Assembly (NCBI RefSeq): GCF_009914755.1 | Contig: NC_060930.1 | Origin: the human T2T-CHM13v2.0 reference genome, Homo sapiens | Reading direction: 5' to 3' (one strand) | Length of the DNA stretch: 64,000 nucleotides | In this document: positions 16,370-33,910 of the stretch, in pieces | Numbering within the stretch: position 1 is the first letter of the stretch | Layout of the letters: the number at the start of each line of letters is the position of its first letter | Made by a program: the position numbers and the translations under genes | Notes under the pieces: model-generated | Told to the model about the DNA's origin: nothing | The model's database searches: none | The model's input: only the letters and a program-made list of their open reading frames with translations

Positions 16370-17620
16370 AATTAAATTGGAGATAAATACTAATATCATT
16401 AGAATTAGAACAGAAAAAAACAGAATCAAAACTGGTTTGCAAATAATATAATCATATGCATAGATAATCAAAATTATAAGAAATGTTAAATCATTTAATA
16501 CACTTATAACCTGTAAGAGTAAATAAAAATCAAATGTATTTATGTACCCAAACACAAACCAAACTATGTAAATGATACAAATATAATTCACATGCAAAAA
16601 AAGCAAGTCCTAAAAGATCATATACAGTGTGTTATTTGGGCACATATATACAAAAAAAGATAATATAATACAAAAGAAAAATAAGAAAATGTTTAACATA
16701 AATTTCAGGAGACTTTGTCTCTCCTGAATGTATTGAGGAAGAGGCATGCAGGGGTTTGTCAAAGATTCTGAATTATTCTGTGTATTAATCTGGGTGGTAA
16801 ATACTGTAATATTTATGTTATTTTAATATATTAAACATATATAATCATTGTACGTTTCTAAATATATATATATATTTCACCACTTAATAGTATGTGGAAC
16901 AACACAGAGCTAAGAATGGCGAAGAGAGTCCTAAGAAAGATTTGAACTAACAGATACCTAGACTCATTTTAGCCTTATTGAAATAAACACAATGTGGTTT
17001 TGGAGAGTAGAACAAAACAGAGTAAAGAAATAAACTGCCCTATGAATAGAAACTTGAATAACAGAGATTGTATTTGAAATTACTGAGGGAAGAGACCACT
17101 CCATAAATGACACAGGGACATGTATTATCCACAAGAAAAATAAAATGTAAATATTATAGAAAAAGTTGACAAATTGAAATTAAAATGAAATACTTTGTAC
17201 ATCAAAAGGCACTAAAATGAGCAAAACCATAAATCATATGTTGAGAGAAGATATTTTCACACAAATAACTAAAGAACCCATAATATATAAATAACCTTTA
17301 TAGAAAAGTTAATAACATATATTAGGGAAGATATAGGTCATTGGGAGCTAATGGGAAAAAATGGTACAACAAATTCAGAAAAAAATTATCTTTATACTGT
17401 AAATTAAAAAAATTTTTAAACCATTAACCTAAAAGTCCTGTTCTATCAATATAACCTACATTTTTTTTTTTAAGAATTAGCATCTGGCATCAGATACATG
17501 TTGTTCTTAATATTCTTAGCAGCATTATTCTCAATGGGAAAAACAAAACAAAAATATAACAAAAACTTTTTGGTTTTTAAAAACATCAGAAATGTGCATT
17601 GACAGGAAAATAAAATAAAT
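16370..17620 (+). mobile_element. Old L1M fragments
   Basis: tttgcaaataatataatcatatgcatagataatc (FADDMI-like remnant); aaaagttgacaaattg ... tactttgtacatcaaaag. Confidence 0.5.
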
Positions 17621-17626
17621 TTTAGT

Positions 17627-18001
17627 TGATACGGTTCGGAACTGTGGCCTCACCCAGATCTCATGTTGTCTTGTAAGTGTTGAAGTTGGGACCTAATGGG
17701 AGGTGACTGGCTCATGGTGACAAATTTCCCATAAATTGTTTACTACCATCCTCTTGGTACTGTCTAGTGAGTGAGTTCTCATGAGATCTGGTCATTTAAA
17801 TGTGTGTGGTCCTGCTTTCGCCATGTAAAGTACCTTCCACTATGACTGTAAGCTTCTTGAGGCCTCCCCAGAAGCCAAGAAGATGCCAGCATCATGCTTC
17901 CTGTACAGCCTGCAGAACTGTGAGCCAATTAAACTTCTTTTCTTTATGATTTACCCAGTCTCAGGTATTTCTTTATAGCAATATGAGATTGAACTAATAC
18001 A
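17627..18001 (+). mobile_element. MSTA-like solo LTR (ERVL-MaLR)
   Basis: TG...CA ends; gtgagtgagttctcatgagatctgg, gaggcctccccagaagcc, ctgcagaactgtgagccaattaaac, tacccagtctcaggtatttctttatagca. Confidence 0.9.
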
Positions 18002-18865
18002 GTCGAATATTCATACAATGGAATTGTTTAACTCTAAAGCCATGAATATATCTTAGAAGTAGAATGCTTCATTGAATGAATATACAATTACATGCTTTCA
18101 ACATATTCACAGGTTGCAGTGATTAGAATGTGGACATCTGACTATCACAAACTAAATTCATTATTATAAATTTTATAAAACTCAGAAACAAGCAAAAAAA
18201 GTAAAGTGTATCACTTTGGGTGAAATAACTTCTATGGTTTTTTTCTATTTTTAAAAGCAAGGAAATGATGAAGACAAAACCCAAGAGAGTATTTTCCTGC
18301 ATGGGTATAAGGGAAGACTAGGGAATGGGATAGCAGAGAAGTAGTACATGGCTAGATGTAAGGTATTAGCAATGTTAAATCCTTCCACTTCTACAGTATG
18401 TTCAAGGGTTTAAAATTATCCTTTTAAGTGTACATGTTACATATATTATTTTGCTGTAATACATTTTAATTTAAGGCATCATTGAGATAATATAGTTCAA
18501 TAAAAAATGAAAACATTAAGCATGGAAATTGAAATATATATACAGTATTTTGAAAGAAAATATATATTTGGTTCTAATACTGCATGTATTAGGACTTATT
18601 ATAGATAATTTATAGACAAAAGGGAGGTAAATTATAATTTAATATGATTAATATTAGAAGCAATATGAGACTATGATTATAAACCTATCTGCTGTTAAAA
18701 ATTACCTGAAGAAAAAATAGGGCTCATACCCTGATATTTTTAATCTAATGTTTTATTTTTATAATTTATCTCAGACATTTAGTGTCAAAAATACTTCACA
18801 TAGTATAAAACAGTATATTATTCAATGTGGTTTTATTGCTTATGGGTAGACGTGTGTTCAAGCAG

Positions 18866-19239
18866 TATATTCGTTAGCTTGGGCTGTCATAACAAAATAT
18901 CAGAAATTGGGTGGCTTGAAATAACAGAATATATTCTCAACAGTCTGAATGGTGGAAGTCCAAGATCACGGTGCCAATAAGGTCAGTTTCTAGTGAGGGC
19001 TCTCTTCCTGGCTTGTAGGTGTCTGCCTTCTTGCTGTGTCTTCACATAGCAAAAAGAGAGAGAACAATCTCTCCTGTGTCTCTTCCCTCTATAAGGGCAC
19101 TAACTCCATCATGAGGGCCCTACCATTATGACTTCATCTAAAACTAAATACCTGACAAAGGCCCTTTCTTCAAATACTATCACATTGGGGCTTAAAGTTC
19201 CAACGTATGGATTTGGGCAGGGCAGTTCAGTTCATAGCA
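18866..19239 (-). mobile_element. MLT1A/MLT1A0 solo LTR
   Basis: gggctgtcataacaaaata, ggaagtccaagatc, gtgagggctctcttcctggcttgtag, tataagggcactaa, caaatactatcacattgggg. Confidence 0.88.
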
Positions 19240-21319
19240 CACAATTTTCATTTTTTAAAGCACCATCTGTAAATAAATTGTCTACAAAGTTCTTTATAGT
19301 ATGAATACGGTGAAAGGTTTTATTCTAGAAAGTCATGATCAGGATCCCTAGAAAGAATACCTAATTATTATCTGTTATTATGAATAAAATCTAAGACCAG
19401 CTTTGTTTACTACTTGAGTTTTATTTCTCCTGGCAATGTGGTACGTATTAAAGAAATAAGCCTATTTTCAGTATAGACAAATATGCCATTTTTTAATGCT
19501 AATGTAACATTGTTTGGAGAAAGGTGAAGGAAGAAAGCATAACCAAAGAGGTGGGATAACATCTTATAGTGGAGACTAAGAACATAAAATTCATAACATT
19601 TTAATGATTATTTTTCAATAAAACTATGTTATAAAATAATCTTCTTCCAAAGATAACAGTTCTCATATGTAGATTTTAAATTTCAAGATGTACTTTCCTA
19701 ATTTGAATCTTATTTCAATCTTGTGTTTTAGGAAGGATGCAAAAAATGACATCCAGCTATAAATATTTCAAATTTTAATTCTTGAAATTAATAATCAAAA
19801 ACATGTCTGAATGTGAACTATTCTGCTGCAGCACTAAATTATTTAACAAGCAATAGTAAGATCAAATTACTGTTTGACCCACTTAGACAACAGAGACAAA
19901 TCCAAATTTACTTACTGTGGATCAATTTAACAATCTTATTCCATGACCCATACCCTATTTTATGTACATCTGCACCCAGACAGACTCATCACCATAACCG
20001 TTTTCAAATTTGATTTGTTGTAATATTGCAAGAAAGAGATTAAATGCCTGTACTCAAAAGCTAAAAATGTTCATTTAAAATACCAGCAACTAGGGATCCT
20101 CCCTACACAATAAATTCGAGTAGTTATCAGTGCCTGTATTTATTGCTTCAGCGTGTCGTTTACTTGTCAATCTCTTAAATCCATTTGGTTGAAGATATTT
20201 AAACCCACCACACAGAAACAAAACATAAAAAGACTATTAATGAAAAATAAGCTCTAGAAGAATGTGCATATATATCAAATTATTACAAATTTGAAGCACA
20301 CTGATCAAATGCAGAAAGAATTCCACTAAGTGTTAAAACAGTTGAAAAAGTTATCCCCCACCCGCAAGACCTACTTTTAAGTTCCTTTGATACAAGGTGG
20401 CACAAAGTCAAGAGAGAACTTAAAACAAGCTCCACATTAATATTTGAAAAAGGGCACCCACTGTGTTTGATGTGGCGCCCTTCATGCAAATCATGTAGTC
20501 CAAGAGAAATCCCAGTAGGAAAGATGCTGCTTTCTTCTTAGCATGCTCCCTCTTTTCTGCTGGATAATAATGAACTTCTCACACTCCCTTTGCAACCCCC
20601 CTTAAGCTATACAGAAATTAAGTTATTACTTGCTAGCTGAAGACTCTTTTGTCAGTTATCAGAATGTATTTTCTTATTGATTTTTAAGAGAAAGAAATGC
20701 ACATTCAAAATTTGATAGGGGTAATTTTTTTTCGCCTTATTTTTCTAATAATGAGCAGAATAAGCTCCGAGCAAATATGGGTAGAATGAGATATATTCAT
20801 TTAAATTATTTCAAAATATGATTGATGTGCATAGGAAACCATTTCTTTATACTCTGGGAACATGCAGGAGCATTGATTTAGATGGAGAGGGAAAATTATT
20901 AATGGTGAGAGCCAGTGCATAGGAAACATGCCACATAGCCCACGGGAACCCCATTTAAAGCACTCTCACATTTGGGGGGAAATGTAGAAACTAAAAATCA
21001 AACTTGGAATTACTGTTATTTTAACAACACTCATTTTGTTGTGAATTTGGGAGCTCCAAATTTCTGGTAACTATGTGTCCTCAGGAATATTTAGAAAACT
21101 GGAAGAAAAATAGCCCCAATTATTTTCTTCTTTAATAACAATATAGGAATATTTTACATCTTGCCCCTACTACACACATATCAAATTCATCTAGGGGAAG
21201 CTGTGGGTAACTTTTCTTTGGCATTCTTAAAATGGCAGTTATTTTTATTGTGGTGAAACCTAAAGTTTCAAGCTTATACTACTAAATATAATAAAGAAAA
21301 AATATAAACTATACTTCAC

Positions 21320-21490
21320 TTACTAGTTTATCAAACATTTTTCATTTAATCCTCCCCAAAATTGGATTCAGAAATTACTCTTACTGTTCCCATTTAGCAA
21401 ACAAAGACATCAATTCTTAGAAATATCATTTAAATTACCTCCATAACTATTCAAATGTGATACAACACTCTTGTCTTCTGACTGTAGATA
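21320..21490 (-). mobile_element. MIR fragment
   Basis: tcatttaatcctc ... tactgttcccattt. Confidence 0.5.
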
Positions 21491-24079
21491 AATTGAACTT
21501 CTTACAATAACCTAACTTCTGTATTATGAATTAAAATCAACAGAATAGAATCTGGCCTGAAATCTTCATGGGACATTAGGTAAATGACTTCCTCCATGTT
21601 TACTCTTCACATCCTCTCCAAGGTGTAAAAGCGAGCATATGTATGGCAATTCAAAGAGTCTTTGGAAGTTTTTCGGAAACGTGGCACTCTTCTGACTGAG
21701 AAACAATAAGTAAAAACTGCACACTCAGGTCCAGGTTAAATTTACTTTATGCTTGTCCACTGAAAGATATGTCCTAAGGCTGGTTGACAAAGTCTGTCTA
21801 CCCTACGCCATGCTCTCCTTTCCCCTGTACCTTCATGCTTCTACTTCAGTGAATATGAAGTCTTGGATAGGAATGTGGAATTGATTACTTTATGCTTTAG
21901 ATTATTAACTGTCCTGTCCTGTACTATTTGCTTAACAGTTCTATTAATGGATTTTTACACTTCTATGTTACTGATTTTTTAAGATATATTATTTTGACAA
22001 CATAGGTTTTTCACAAGTTCATTTGAATAGCCATCTGATGTGATAGGAAAAAAGGTCTCACACCAGGAGTATTTCTTTTGTTTTTTATAATTGATTATAC
22101 TGGTTGTGATCAATTCCAGAAACTACGAGAGTATAATATGGCCAAAATAATTGATTTGGCATTTCAAAATCTAAACATCCCTGGAATTTCTTATTTCTGT
22201 ACAAATGCAACACTCTTAATAACATTTTAATCTGATGATGAAAATTATAATGAGAATATTCATTTCCTGTGCAGCAGGCTCATATAATTTCCTGTGGGTT
22301 CATGGACTTTGACCATGCTATTTTCCTTTTATGTCTTATTGTTCCTATTTTTAATATGTATTTTCAAAAGCTATTTTGCCTAAGCCATTGCCTTTTTTGA
22401 ATACCAGCGTTAACTCCAGATTTTTAGAAAATAGGACAACTGATTCAGATTTAGAATTAAGAACCACAGATATAAAAAGTCCTACTTAATATTCTGCTCA
22501 CATTCTGCAAAAAAAAACATATATATACATATAGATATATATCACAGTAAAGCTACAAAGACACATCAATAGTACTGAATTTGAATTTTGGAAAAATCTT
22601 GGACAAAGGCTTTAGTTTCCTTTTTGAATAAAATTAACATGTCTACTGACAGAGAAAAATAAACTCAATGAAGTAAATAGATAATAATGATGAAAAGGAT
22701 ACGCTTGTCAAAACATGGACTCTAACGATTATTTTGCACAATTACCATCACTTTGATATCCTTTAAATAATAATTTCTCATCATCTCTTCAAATAAGACC
22801 ATGAATTTCAATATGATGGATCAGACAATTAGTGCATCTAAACTAAAGCCTGCATGTGGTAGGTGCCAGTGGGCTGTTTGAAGGAAAGGCTAAATAAATT
22901 GCACCTATGCACTGCTATACACAGCATGTGATACTGTTCCTGACTTAATCAGATGATATGCTCATGCCTAGCAGCATCTAATTACTATTTTAATGACCCT
23001 ATCCTTCATAGCTAACATACAGTGGCCACTTAAAGATGGAGCAGATAGATATGCTTTATAACCTCATATCTGGACAGTTTGTGTATTTAAAATTTATTAT
23101 ACATATATATGTAAAAATTATTATGCATCTATCATTGACTTTGCTTAGAGCATGGTAGCATTTCTGAAACAAAAAGGCAAAAATTACATTTTTTGTAAAA
23201 TAATGAAGATGCTGTCAGAATTCTACTGAAACAAATGATTTATTTTTCTATTTCTTAGCCCCCTGAAAGAAAGAGTATACAAATATGTTAAGGAATAAAG
23301 AACATATTGCTTAGATTTTATTTAAAGAAAATATTAGTGAAGTCTATTTAAGCACAGGATTAAAAACTAAAAGATGCTATCACTTATTCATAGGTTCTTT
23401 ATATTAAATGCCTTAATGTTAATGCCTATTATTTCAGCAGATATTCTAAGAGTTAGACATGTCAAATGTCCTATTTTGTAGTGGTTAGTAGTGATATTAA
23501 TAAGTAGAGCTATGAGTCTCTCAAAATTATGCTGGGTAAGATTCACTGATAATTTGTAACATAGTATAGAATTAATTTTATTTTAATCTATTTCTGTGCT
23601 TTCTGATAAATCTTTCTATAATTTTTTTATTTAATTACTGCCTACATCCAAAAAAAGTTTTGCATGCATTACTTATTAATTTTTATGAAATGTCCATGAA
23701 TTCAAGGATATTATTGTTTTTCAGAGGAAGATATTTGACAAGTTCTAGAAGATGATTCAAAGTTAAATAGTGAGTCATGTATGGATAAATTGCATCACTT
23801 TATCCATTAAAGTGTTCTTCTTATGTTAATAATTAACGTAAAATGCAATGCTTGTTACTTTCTTTTATATGAAAATTTGTGTCATTATTAAATCAGGTAA
23901 ACCTAAGAGTTGATCATCGAGATAGAATTATATGTTAGTGCATCTGTCTTTCTGCAACATAAATCTCTATAACATGTTACTAATAAAGTAAAAGGAATAA
24001 AACGTAATACTAAACATTTGTATACATATTGTTTAATATTACCCTCCAAAGACTACCTTTCAAAGAGTACAATTATAGA

Positions 24080-24540
24080 CTGTTAGGGACTGGAGAGGTC
24101 TCTCCAAAAGAGTCAGTTATAAGCTGCAATTTCTGTATAGGTTAGAGTTAATAAGGGAAAACAAGAGAGTAAATGGGAGGAAAACCGTTTCAGATGGAGA
24201 GAGCTATATTTTTCTGTTGGTTGATAAAAGCATAGAAGTTCAAGAACTTAGCACTTGAAAGAATGAAACAAAAGCAAAATATAGGAGCATAAAAATCACA
24301 GTGGTTCAAGATGAGGCAGGAAGGCAGACTAAGAAAATTCCTGTAAGTGTAACAAACATTATACCTGTATTACAGTGGCAATATGAAGCCTTAAAAGAGT
24401 TTGTACAGGTAAGTCCATCTGACATTTTTAAAAGCATGTTCTAGTTGCTCTCTACAAGGTAGATTGGAGCTGAGCAAATGTGGATGCAATGAACTACTGA
24501 GACAGTGATGCAGGTAAGTGATAATGATACCTTAAACATT
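24080..24540 (-). mobile_element. L2 fragment
   Basis: Purine-rich antisense L2 pattern (agatgaggcaggaaggcag, atttttaaaagcatgttctagttgct, tgcaggtaagtgataatgat). Confidence 0.55.
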
Positions 24541-24561
24541 TTACTAGTCTGTTTGAATAAA

Positions 24562-24745
24562 CCAACCTTTCCCAAACTTTAGTGAGCATCAGAGGACTAG
24601 TAAAAACACAAATTACACATCACAAGAACCAGAGTTTCTGGTTTAGTAAATCTGGAATGAATTCTGGGAGTTTGTGTTTCTTACCCATTCCTAGGTGATG
24701 CTACTGCTGCTGTTGCTTCAAGTATGACACTTTGAGAAACACTAG
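24562..24745. mobile_element. MER5A (hAT-Charlie MITE)
   Basis: ttcccaaactttagtgagcatcaga ... cagagtttctggtttagtaaatctgg ... ttcctaggtgatgct ... cactttgagaaacactag. Confidence 0.85.
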
Positions 24746-24811
24746 CCTCAAAAATAAAATGTACACTGCCTTCAACTCACTGCTAACTTAATAAGGTACA
24801 CAAACCCTTAT

Positions 24812-24999
24812 TAGGTTTGTCAGTTTTAGTAAATAAAAAATACAAGGCTCCCAGCTAAATTTGAATTTTAGATAAACAACAAATAAAATTTTAATGTATG
24901 TTCCACGCAATATATGGATATACTTATACTAAAAATATATTATTGTTGGTTATTACAATTCAAATTTAATTGGGAATCCTGTTTTATCTTTCAACCCTG
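24812..24999. mobile_element. MER53 palindromic hAT MITE
   Basis: taggtttgtcag ... cccagctaaatttgaatt / aattcaaatttaattggg ... tcaaccctg; self-complementary arms. Confidence 0.85.
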
Positions 25000-26925
25000 C
25001 AGCCCTGATAGAACAGTGACGGAATGTTCCGTAAAATATACTCAGAAGTGTTCTTTATTAAGAACTGCTAGACAGCTTCCAAAATGGATGACTTTATTCT
25101 TCCCAGATCAATATGCAAGCATTCTCCTTGCTCTACAACCTCATTGATTCTTGGTATTACCAAGCCAGTATTCAAATCCTTCTTAATTTTTACCAGGCTT
25201 CTATATTTTTATCCTAAACATTTAAATATAAAATTTACAGGTAGGCATCAACTTAACATTTTTTTCATAAATCACTGACCTTTCATTTTAAATCTATAAT
25301 TGCATTTAAACTTTAAATATAACATACTTGTCCTCTAGCATATAATAAATAATTGAACCCAACACTCACCTATACGTTAGAAATGAAAACTTTAAATTAT
25401 ATTTGAAATGTTCTGTGCATCTTTTCTATCAACCTTATCTCCTGCCTCTCCCCTACATCAAAAGATAACCTCTGTCTTATCTTCCAGGCTTATTTAATTT
25501 CTTCTATCTTTAAAAGATGAATATATATTTTATATATTATATTTTATATATTTTTTTATAAATTATATATATAATTTATTTTTAGAAACAAATCTCTATT
25601 AATACGTGTAGCTCTACATCATTCACAGTGCTCCATTACATAACCTTGTATGTACTATTGATTGCTTTTTTGATTGATTAACTGAGAGTCCTTCAGGATG
25701 CCCCATATTGTTTACTGGGATGAACAACACTATTAGAAGCATTTTTGTAGATGTCCCTTTGTGAGCACATGAAGAAGTTTCTCTAAAGTACATGTGAAGA
25801 AGTGGTATTGCTTGACAATGAGGTGTGTTACTTTAGTATTTTCAAATTGCTCTCCAAAGGGAAGTTAAAACATTTTTTGTTATTGATTTCTAGTTAGATT
25901 CTAACATAGTCAGAAAACTTACTTTGCATAATCTTAAACAAAGTTACATTTGATTAACTTTGTTTTATGACTATCAGATATTCTATTTTGGGAAGTGTTC
26001 CATGTGTACTTGAAATGAATGTACATTCTGTTCATTTAGTGTTGAGTATTCTATAAATGTATTAGATGCAGTTGGTAGGGTATTGTTCTACATTTCTGTA
26101 CACTTACTGTTTGTCAATTTAAGACAAAGTCTGCAACTATACAACTAGATTTGCATCTGTGCATTGTAGATTTGTCCATCTTTCTAGTCTATCAATTTTT
26201 GCTTTATGTAATTTGTTGCTATGTTTATGAGTATATACACATTTAGTCAATATAGATTTCTTTTGATTAGTATTTGTTGCTATATATTTTTTCATTTTTT
26301 TTCTTTTACCCTGCCTACATCATTATATTCAGGGTTTTGTATGTGTGTAGATATTGTTCATGTATTTACCTTAGGAAATATAATGTACATTATTATTTTA
26401 TAGTCTAGTATTATACTGTGAAAATAATTAAAGTTTTTCCTCTTCAAGGAAATATAAGTAACTTACCATAATATTTGTCACTTTTTCGTCAACCCATTCT
26501 GTTGTAGTTGTAATAGGTATAAATATACCTATCTTAAAATCCCACCAGGCAATGTTTTAATTTTTCCTTTCCTTTCAATAATCATACACATGTCAAAGAA
26601 CTTATATAGGAGTATTATACCTAGCTAGAGGTTTACTATTTCTCCAATTGTCTTTTGATATAATTTATTTTATTTTAGTATAATCAAACCCATTGACATT
26701 ATTCTTTAAGTTTTATAAAAATTTTGTGGGCTTCAAGAAATTCTTAAGATTGTATAGGTTTTTTTTCCTTCTAAATATTTTGCAGATTAACTTATTGCAT
26801 GTTAAAATATGCTAGAAACAATATTAGATGATTCATTCTTGCCCAATTTTCCTAGAAATATTATCTCCATCATATGTTGGCATCCCATATAATGGTTTAT
26901 TCATGTTCCATTCCTTTGACTCTTG

Positions 26926-26975
26926 ATCAAAGTCTTACAACCCTATGCTAATCAAAGTCTTACAACCCTATGCTA
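26926..26975. repeat. Perfect 25-bp tandem duplication
   Basis: atcaaagtcttacaaccctatgcta x2. Confidence 0.95.
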
Positions 26976-27211
26976 ACATTAGGCATTACACTTCCATAAT
27001 GAATACTGATATATTATGGGAAGAATTCCAAACTTGACTACCTCTTCAGGATTCTTTAGGTTTTTTTGGCCCATAATCTTCATATTATTGTAGAGTCATG
27101 TTAAAAATTTATTTTAAAAATCAATAAATTTTTAGTAAAAGTTCAGCAAATTCGGAGATTAATCTTAATTGAATTGATTTTTTACATTATCATCTAATTC
27201 TATCTAAGAGC

Positions 27212-27288
27212 ATATATATACACTATATATATACAGTATATATATGCAGTATATATATACACAATATATATACAGTATATATACACAG

Positions 27289-27320
<32 letters not shown>
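27212..27320. repeat. Compound (TATATACAG)/(TA)/(CA) low-complexity repeat
   Basis: Visible in sequence. Confidence 0.9.
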
Positions 27321-27324
<4 letters not shown>

Positions 27325-27799
27325 AAACTGAAATTATTGAAAGTCAGAGAAAAAATATATATATACTATATTGGTATTACATTTGAAGACGATATCTTTT
27401 AACTATGCTTTTTGTTGTTTGCATGTATGCTCTCATTTTTTGGGGGGCAATTGTCTTGGATATTTATTTTAACCTTATCTTAAATAAAAATAATTCATTT
27501 TTCTTCTTGGTTCTTACATATTCCACTTTCTTTCTTTCTTATTCAATGACAGTAGCTAGGACCTCCACTGTAATGTTGACTAGAAGTACTGATAGCAGGT
27601 GTGCTCCTCTTGCTTTTGACTTTAATGGGGATTCTTCTAATGGTATAGAATTACAAGTGTATGCCATGTGTAGATAGAACGTATTAAATTGAGAGTGTTA
27701 CTATCTTCCTAAAATATATTTAATTATAAATATATATGTGTGTATATGTATAATATTGTATAATATCAGATTTAGATAATTATATTATCAAGATTTTTG

Positions 27800-28085
27800 A
27801 AGGACCTCAGTTACCCCACTTGTTTTGATACTGATTCAGGTACAATGGTAGAAGGCATGATAATCTTGGGTCAGAGGCAAAGGACTTTATTTCTTAAGGC
27901 AGAGCTAATAGTATGAGCATTTGGATATTTCTACTGGTCCTCTTTGTTCCCAAGTCCCACTGGGTGACATGAGGGGTCCAGATGAATGATAAGGAAGCAG
28001 TGGGTTTGCATCTCAGTTCAGGAGTGCAGGGTAAGGGTAAGGTCCTGGCCCTTTTTTGTAAAACAGCAAACCTTATAGAAAGTAA
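27800..28085. mobile_element. Ancient LTR-like element split by L1-B (continues about 34206-34390)
   Basis: cttgggtcagaggcaaaggactttattt ... cccaagtcccactgggtgaca resembles old ERVL-type LTRs; family not determined. Confidence 0.4.
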
Positions 28086-28330
28086 AAAAATAAAAATAAG
28101 AGGGAGGAGCCAAGATGGCCCAATAGGAACAGCTCCTGTCTACAGCTCCCAGCGCGAGCAACACAGAAGACAGGTGATTTCTGCATTTCCATCTGAGGTA
28201 CCGGGTTCATCTCACTAGGGAGTGCCAGACAGTGGGCGCAGGTCAGTGGGTGCACGCATCGTGCACAAGCCGAAGCAGGGCGAGGCATTGCCTCACTCGG
28301 GAAGCGCAAGGGGTCAGGGAGTTCCCTTTC

Positions 28331-28552
28331 CTAGTCAAAGAAAGGGGTGACAGACGGCACCTGGAAAATCGGGTCACTCCCACCCAAATACTGCGCTCTT
28401 CCAACTGGCTTAAAAAACCAGTGCACCAGGAGATTATATCCCGCACCTGGCTGGGAGGGTCCTACCCCCACGGAGTCTTGCTGATTGCTAGCACAGCAGT
28501 CTGAGATCAAACTGCAAGGCAGCAGTGAGGCTGGGGGAGGGGCGTGCACCAT
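28331..28552 (-). other. L1-B ORF0 variant (73 aa)
   Basis: MVHAPPPASLLPCSLISDCCASNQQDSVGVGPSQP within ORF-track entry 28331..28621. Confidence 0.6.
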
Positions 28553-29005
28553 TGCCCAGGCTTGATTAGGTAAACAAAGCAGCCAGTAAGCTCGAACTGG
28601 GTGGAGCCCACCACAGCTCAAGGAGGCCTACCTGCCTCTGTAGGCTCCACCTCTGGGGGCAGGGCACAGACAAACAAAAAGACAGCAGTAACCTCTGCAG
28701 ACTTAAATGTCCCTGTCTGACAGCTCTGAAGAGAGCAGTGGTTCTCCCAGCACTCAGCTGGAGATCTGAGAATGGGCAGACTGCCTCCTCAAGTGGGTCC
28801 CTGACCCCTGACCCCTGAGCAGCCTAACTGGGAGGCACCCCCCAGCAGGGGCAGACTGACACCTCACACACAGGTACTCCAACAGACCTGCAGCTGAGGG
28901 TCCTGTCTGTCAGAAGGAAAACTAACAAACAGAAAGGACATCCACACCAAAAACCCATCTGTACATCACCATCATCAAAGACCAAAAGTAGATAAAACCA
29001 CAAAG

Positions 29006-30022
29006 ATGGGGAAAAAACAGAGCAGAGAAACTGGAAACTCTAAAAAGCAGAGTGCCTCTCCTCCTCCAAAGGAACGCTGTTCCTCACCAGCAACGGAACA
29101 AAGCTGGATGGAGAATGACTTTGATGAGCTGAGAGAAGAAAGCTCCAGATGATCAAATTACTCTGAGCTATGGGAGGAAATTCAAACCAAAGGCAAAGAA
29201 CATGAAAACTTTGAAAAAACTTTAGAAGAATGTATAACTAGAATAACCAATACAGAGAAGTGCTTAAAGGAGCTGATGGAGCTGAAAACCAAGGCTCGAG
29301 AACTACGTGAAGAATGCAGAAGCCTCAGGAGCTGATGCGATCAACTGGAAGAAAGGTTATCAGTGATGGAAGATGAAATGAATGAAATGAAGTGAGAAGG
29401 GAAATTTAGAGAAAAAAGAATAAAAAGAAATGAGCAAAGCCTCCAAGAAATATGGGACTATGTGAAAAGACCAAATCTACGTCTGATTGGTGTACCTGAA
29501 AGTGACAGGGAGAATGGAACCAAGTTGGAAAACACTCTGCAGGATATTATCCAGGAGAATTTCCCCAATCTAGCAAGGCAGGCCAACATTCAGATTCAGG
29601 AAATACAGAGAACACCACAAAGATACTCCTCGAGAAGAACAACTACAAGACACATAATTGTCAGATTCACCAAAGTTGAAATGAAGGAAAAAATGTTAAG
29701 GGCAGCCAGAGAGAAAGGCCGGGTTACCCACAAAGGGAAGTCAATCAGACTAACAGCGGATCTCTTGGCAGAAACTCTGCAAGCCAGAAGAGAGTGGGGG
29801 CCAACATTCAACATTCTTAAAGAAAAGAATTTTCAACCCAGAATTTCATATCCAGCCAAACTAAGCTTTATAAGTGAAGGAGAAATAAAATACTTTACAG
29901 ACAAGCAAATGCTGAGAGATTTTGTCATCACCAGGCCTGCCCTAAAAGAGCTCCTGTAGGAAGTGCTAAACATGGAAAGGAACAACCAGTACCACCCACT
30001 GCAAAATCATGCCAAAATGTAA
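29006..30022 (+). pseudogene. L1-B ORF1p, disrupted
   Basis: Multiple in-frame stops (about 29150, 29333, 29393, 29957). Confidence 0.95.
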
Positions 30023-30085
30023 AGACCATCGAGACTAGGAAGAAACTGCATCAACTAACAAGCAAAATAACCAGCTAACATCATA

Positions 30086-33910
<3,825 letters not shown>

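Larger units (their letters stand above)
25600..27700 (-). mobile_element. Old L1M fragments
   Basis: gtgttccatgtgtacttgaaatgaatgtacattctg; gctaggacctccactgtaatgttgactagaagt. Confidence 0.6.

Noticed and set aside
20283-20489. 68-aa minus-strand ORF in unique DNA
   Set aside because: No recognisable homology or convincing splice pair; length is expected by chance
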